Made by a program: the position numbers and the translations under genes. Below the pieces are notes generated by a model that was given only the letters and a program-made list of their open reading frames with translations, did not search any database and had not been told where the DNA came from. DNA of 64,000 nucleotides from Nitrospirota bacterium. GTDB lineage: Bacteria > Nitrospirota > UBA9217. Below are positions 63,304 through 64,000 of the stretch, piece by piece. Where the stretch lies: positions 2,816,001 through 2,880,000 of the forward strand of contig OY760142.1 in NCBI GenBank assembly GCA_963663225.1. Reading direction: 5' to 3'. Numbering within the stretch: the stretch's first letter is position 1; the number at the start of each line of letters is the position of its first letter.

Positions 63304-63906
63304 TCAACGTTTTTTGCCGGACTTACCGGATTTAGACGAACCGCTTTTTGTTGAAGTCTTTTTTACAGTCTTTTTAGCTGTTTTTTTCGCAGCTTTTTTT
63401 ACGGTTATTTTTTTAGCAGTTTTTTTTGCATTTTTTTTCTTTGCTTTTTTCGTAGTCTTTTGTGTCTTGGGGCGTTCTTGTGCTTTTGCAACCGGGAATG
63501 CCGGACGTTTGAGAATTGCAGTTGTTGATTGCGGTGAAGATGTCGCTGCCGGTATTTGCAGCGGTTTCCGTTGTTCTGCAGGTTTTTCGGGAAGTATCCC
63601 CAGGATATCACGCTCCCGGACCAGCACTAATTCATTAGCATCTATCGTATGAGTCCTGCCTGCGAATCGTTCGTAGACAACTCGATCGCCCGGTTTTACC
63701 GTAGTCGCTATAAAACGTCGTTCCTTGTTCTGCTCTTTTTTCTTGAAGTGTTTTTCCTCTTCATACGCCCCCGGGCCGATAGCCAGTACAACGCCTTCAT
63801 ACGGTTTTTCCTTTGCCGCGTCAGGAATATATAACCCGCTCGCCGTAACTTCCTCTGCGGCAAACTGCCGGATTACAGCCCAGTCATGCAACGGTTGTAA
63901 CTTCAT
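63304..63906 (-). CDS. GroES/Cpn10-like protein fused to a Lys/Ala/Thr-rich histone-H1-like tail
   Basis: MKLQPLHD..., TASGLYIPDAAKEKP.EG.VLAIGPG, VKPGDRV, RERDILG; then KKAKKKNAKKTAKKITVKKAAKKTAKKTVKK; AAGGAGG SD. Confidence 0.85.
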   Translation of the reverse strand: MKLQPLHDWAVIRQFAAEEVTASGLYIPDAAKEKPYEGVVLAIGPGAYEEEKHFKKKEQNKERRFIATTVKPGDRVVYERFAGRTHTIDANELVLVRERDILGILPEKPAEQRKPLQIPAATSSPQSTTAILKRPAFPVAKAQERPKTQKTTKKAKKKNAKKTAKKITVKKAAKKTAKKTVKKTSTKSGSSKSGKSGKKR

Positions 63907-64000
63907 ACTATATCCTCCTTAAACAATAATAAATAAAACAGCCGTGAACTATATAGCAACAAAACAAATAAGCACGGATGTTTGTGCTCTGTTATCGAGA

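Noticed and set aside
63330-63465. Short quasi-tandem DNA repeats
   Set aside because: Explained by the Lys/Ala/Thr protein tail; not CRISPR or VNTR. No CRISPR array was seen anywhere in the window
161-63922. Many 60-270 aa ORFs antisense to or out of frame within identified genes (e.g. 7267-8007, 33406-34131, 38172-38987, 52413-53099, 63005-63652)
   Set aside because: They overlap well-supported genes and show no recognisable motifs; typical shadow ORFs
63971-63988. AGCAC-N8-GTGCT upstream of the groES-like gene, resembling CIRCE
   Set aside because: CIRCE needs TTAGCACTC-N9-GAGTGCTAA; spacing and flanks do not fit

Overview
A 64-kb bacterial chromosomal window with most genes on the minus strand. 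Gene order (kdsB-pyrG-kdsA-kdsD-kdsC; recA-pilT-recX-alaS) suggests an anaerobic diderm such as Nitrospirota or a deltaproteobacterium-like organism; this is inference. All product calls come from motif recognition by eye, with no database search. 1-14.7 kb is an LPS/envelope operon (GT9, DUF3108, hldA, rmlACDB, ugd, uxs, kds genes, pyrG, lpxL, pgsA). A tRNA-Leu(TAA) at 14.9 kb is followed by an ~18-kb accessory block. That block holds a secreted PLC/P1-type Zn hydrolase, mgtC, a sigma54-controlled tartrate catabolism cluster (ttuB-ttdAB-mdh, ttuC), and a convergent RpiR-controlled operon for an unknown substrate (alkyl-DHAP-synthase/GlcD-like flavoprotein, Fe-S/CCG protein, FGGY kinase, MFS, Fe-ADH, cupin). 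33-61 kb is mostly housekeeping (orphan carB, clpS, B12 radical SAM, mltD, relA/spoT, recJ, tatA, mobA, dppBC, mltG, ubiB, alaS, recX, pilT, recA, thpR, cinA, pgpA). The best novelty candidate is the far end. There, a GroES fused to a histone-H1-like tail, an anti-sigma-type Ser kinase and a STAS-winged-helix protein sit directly upstream of, and co-oriented with, the cinA-recA-pilT-recX cluster. A perfect 43-bp palindrome covers the promoter of the STAS-wHTH gene. This could be a kinase-controlled, LexA-independent DNA-damage switch.
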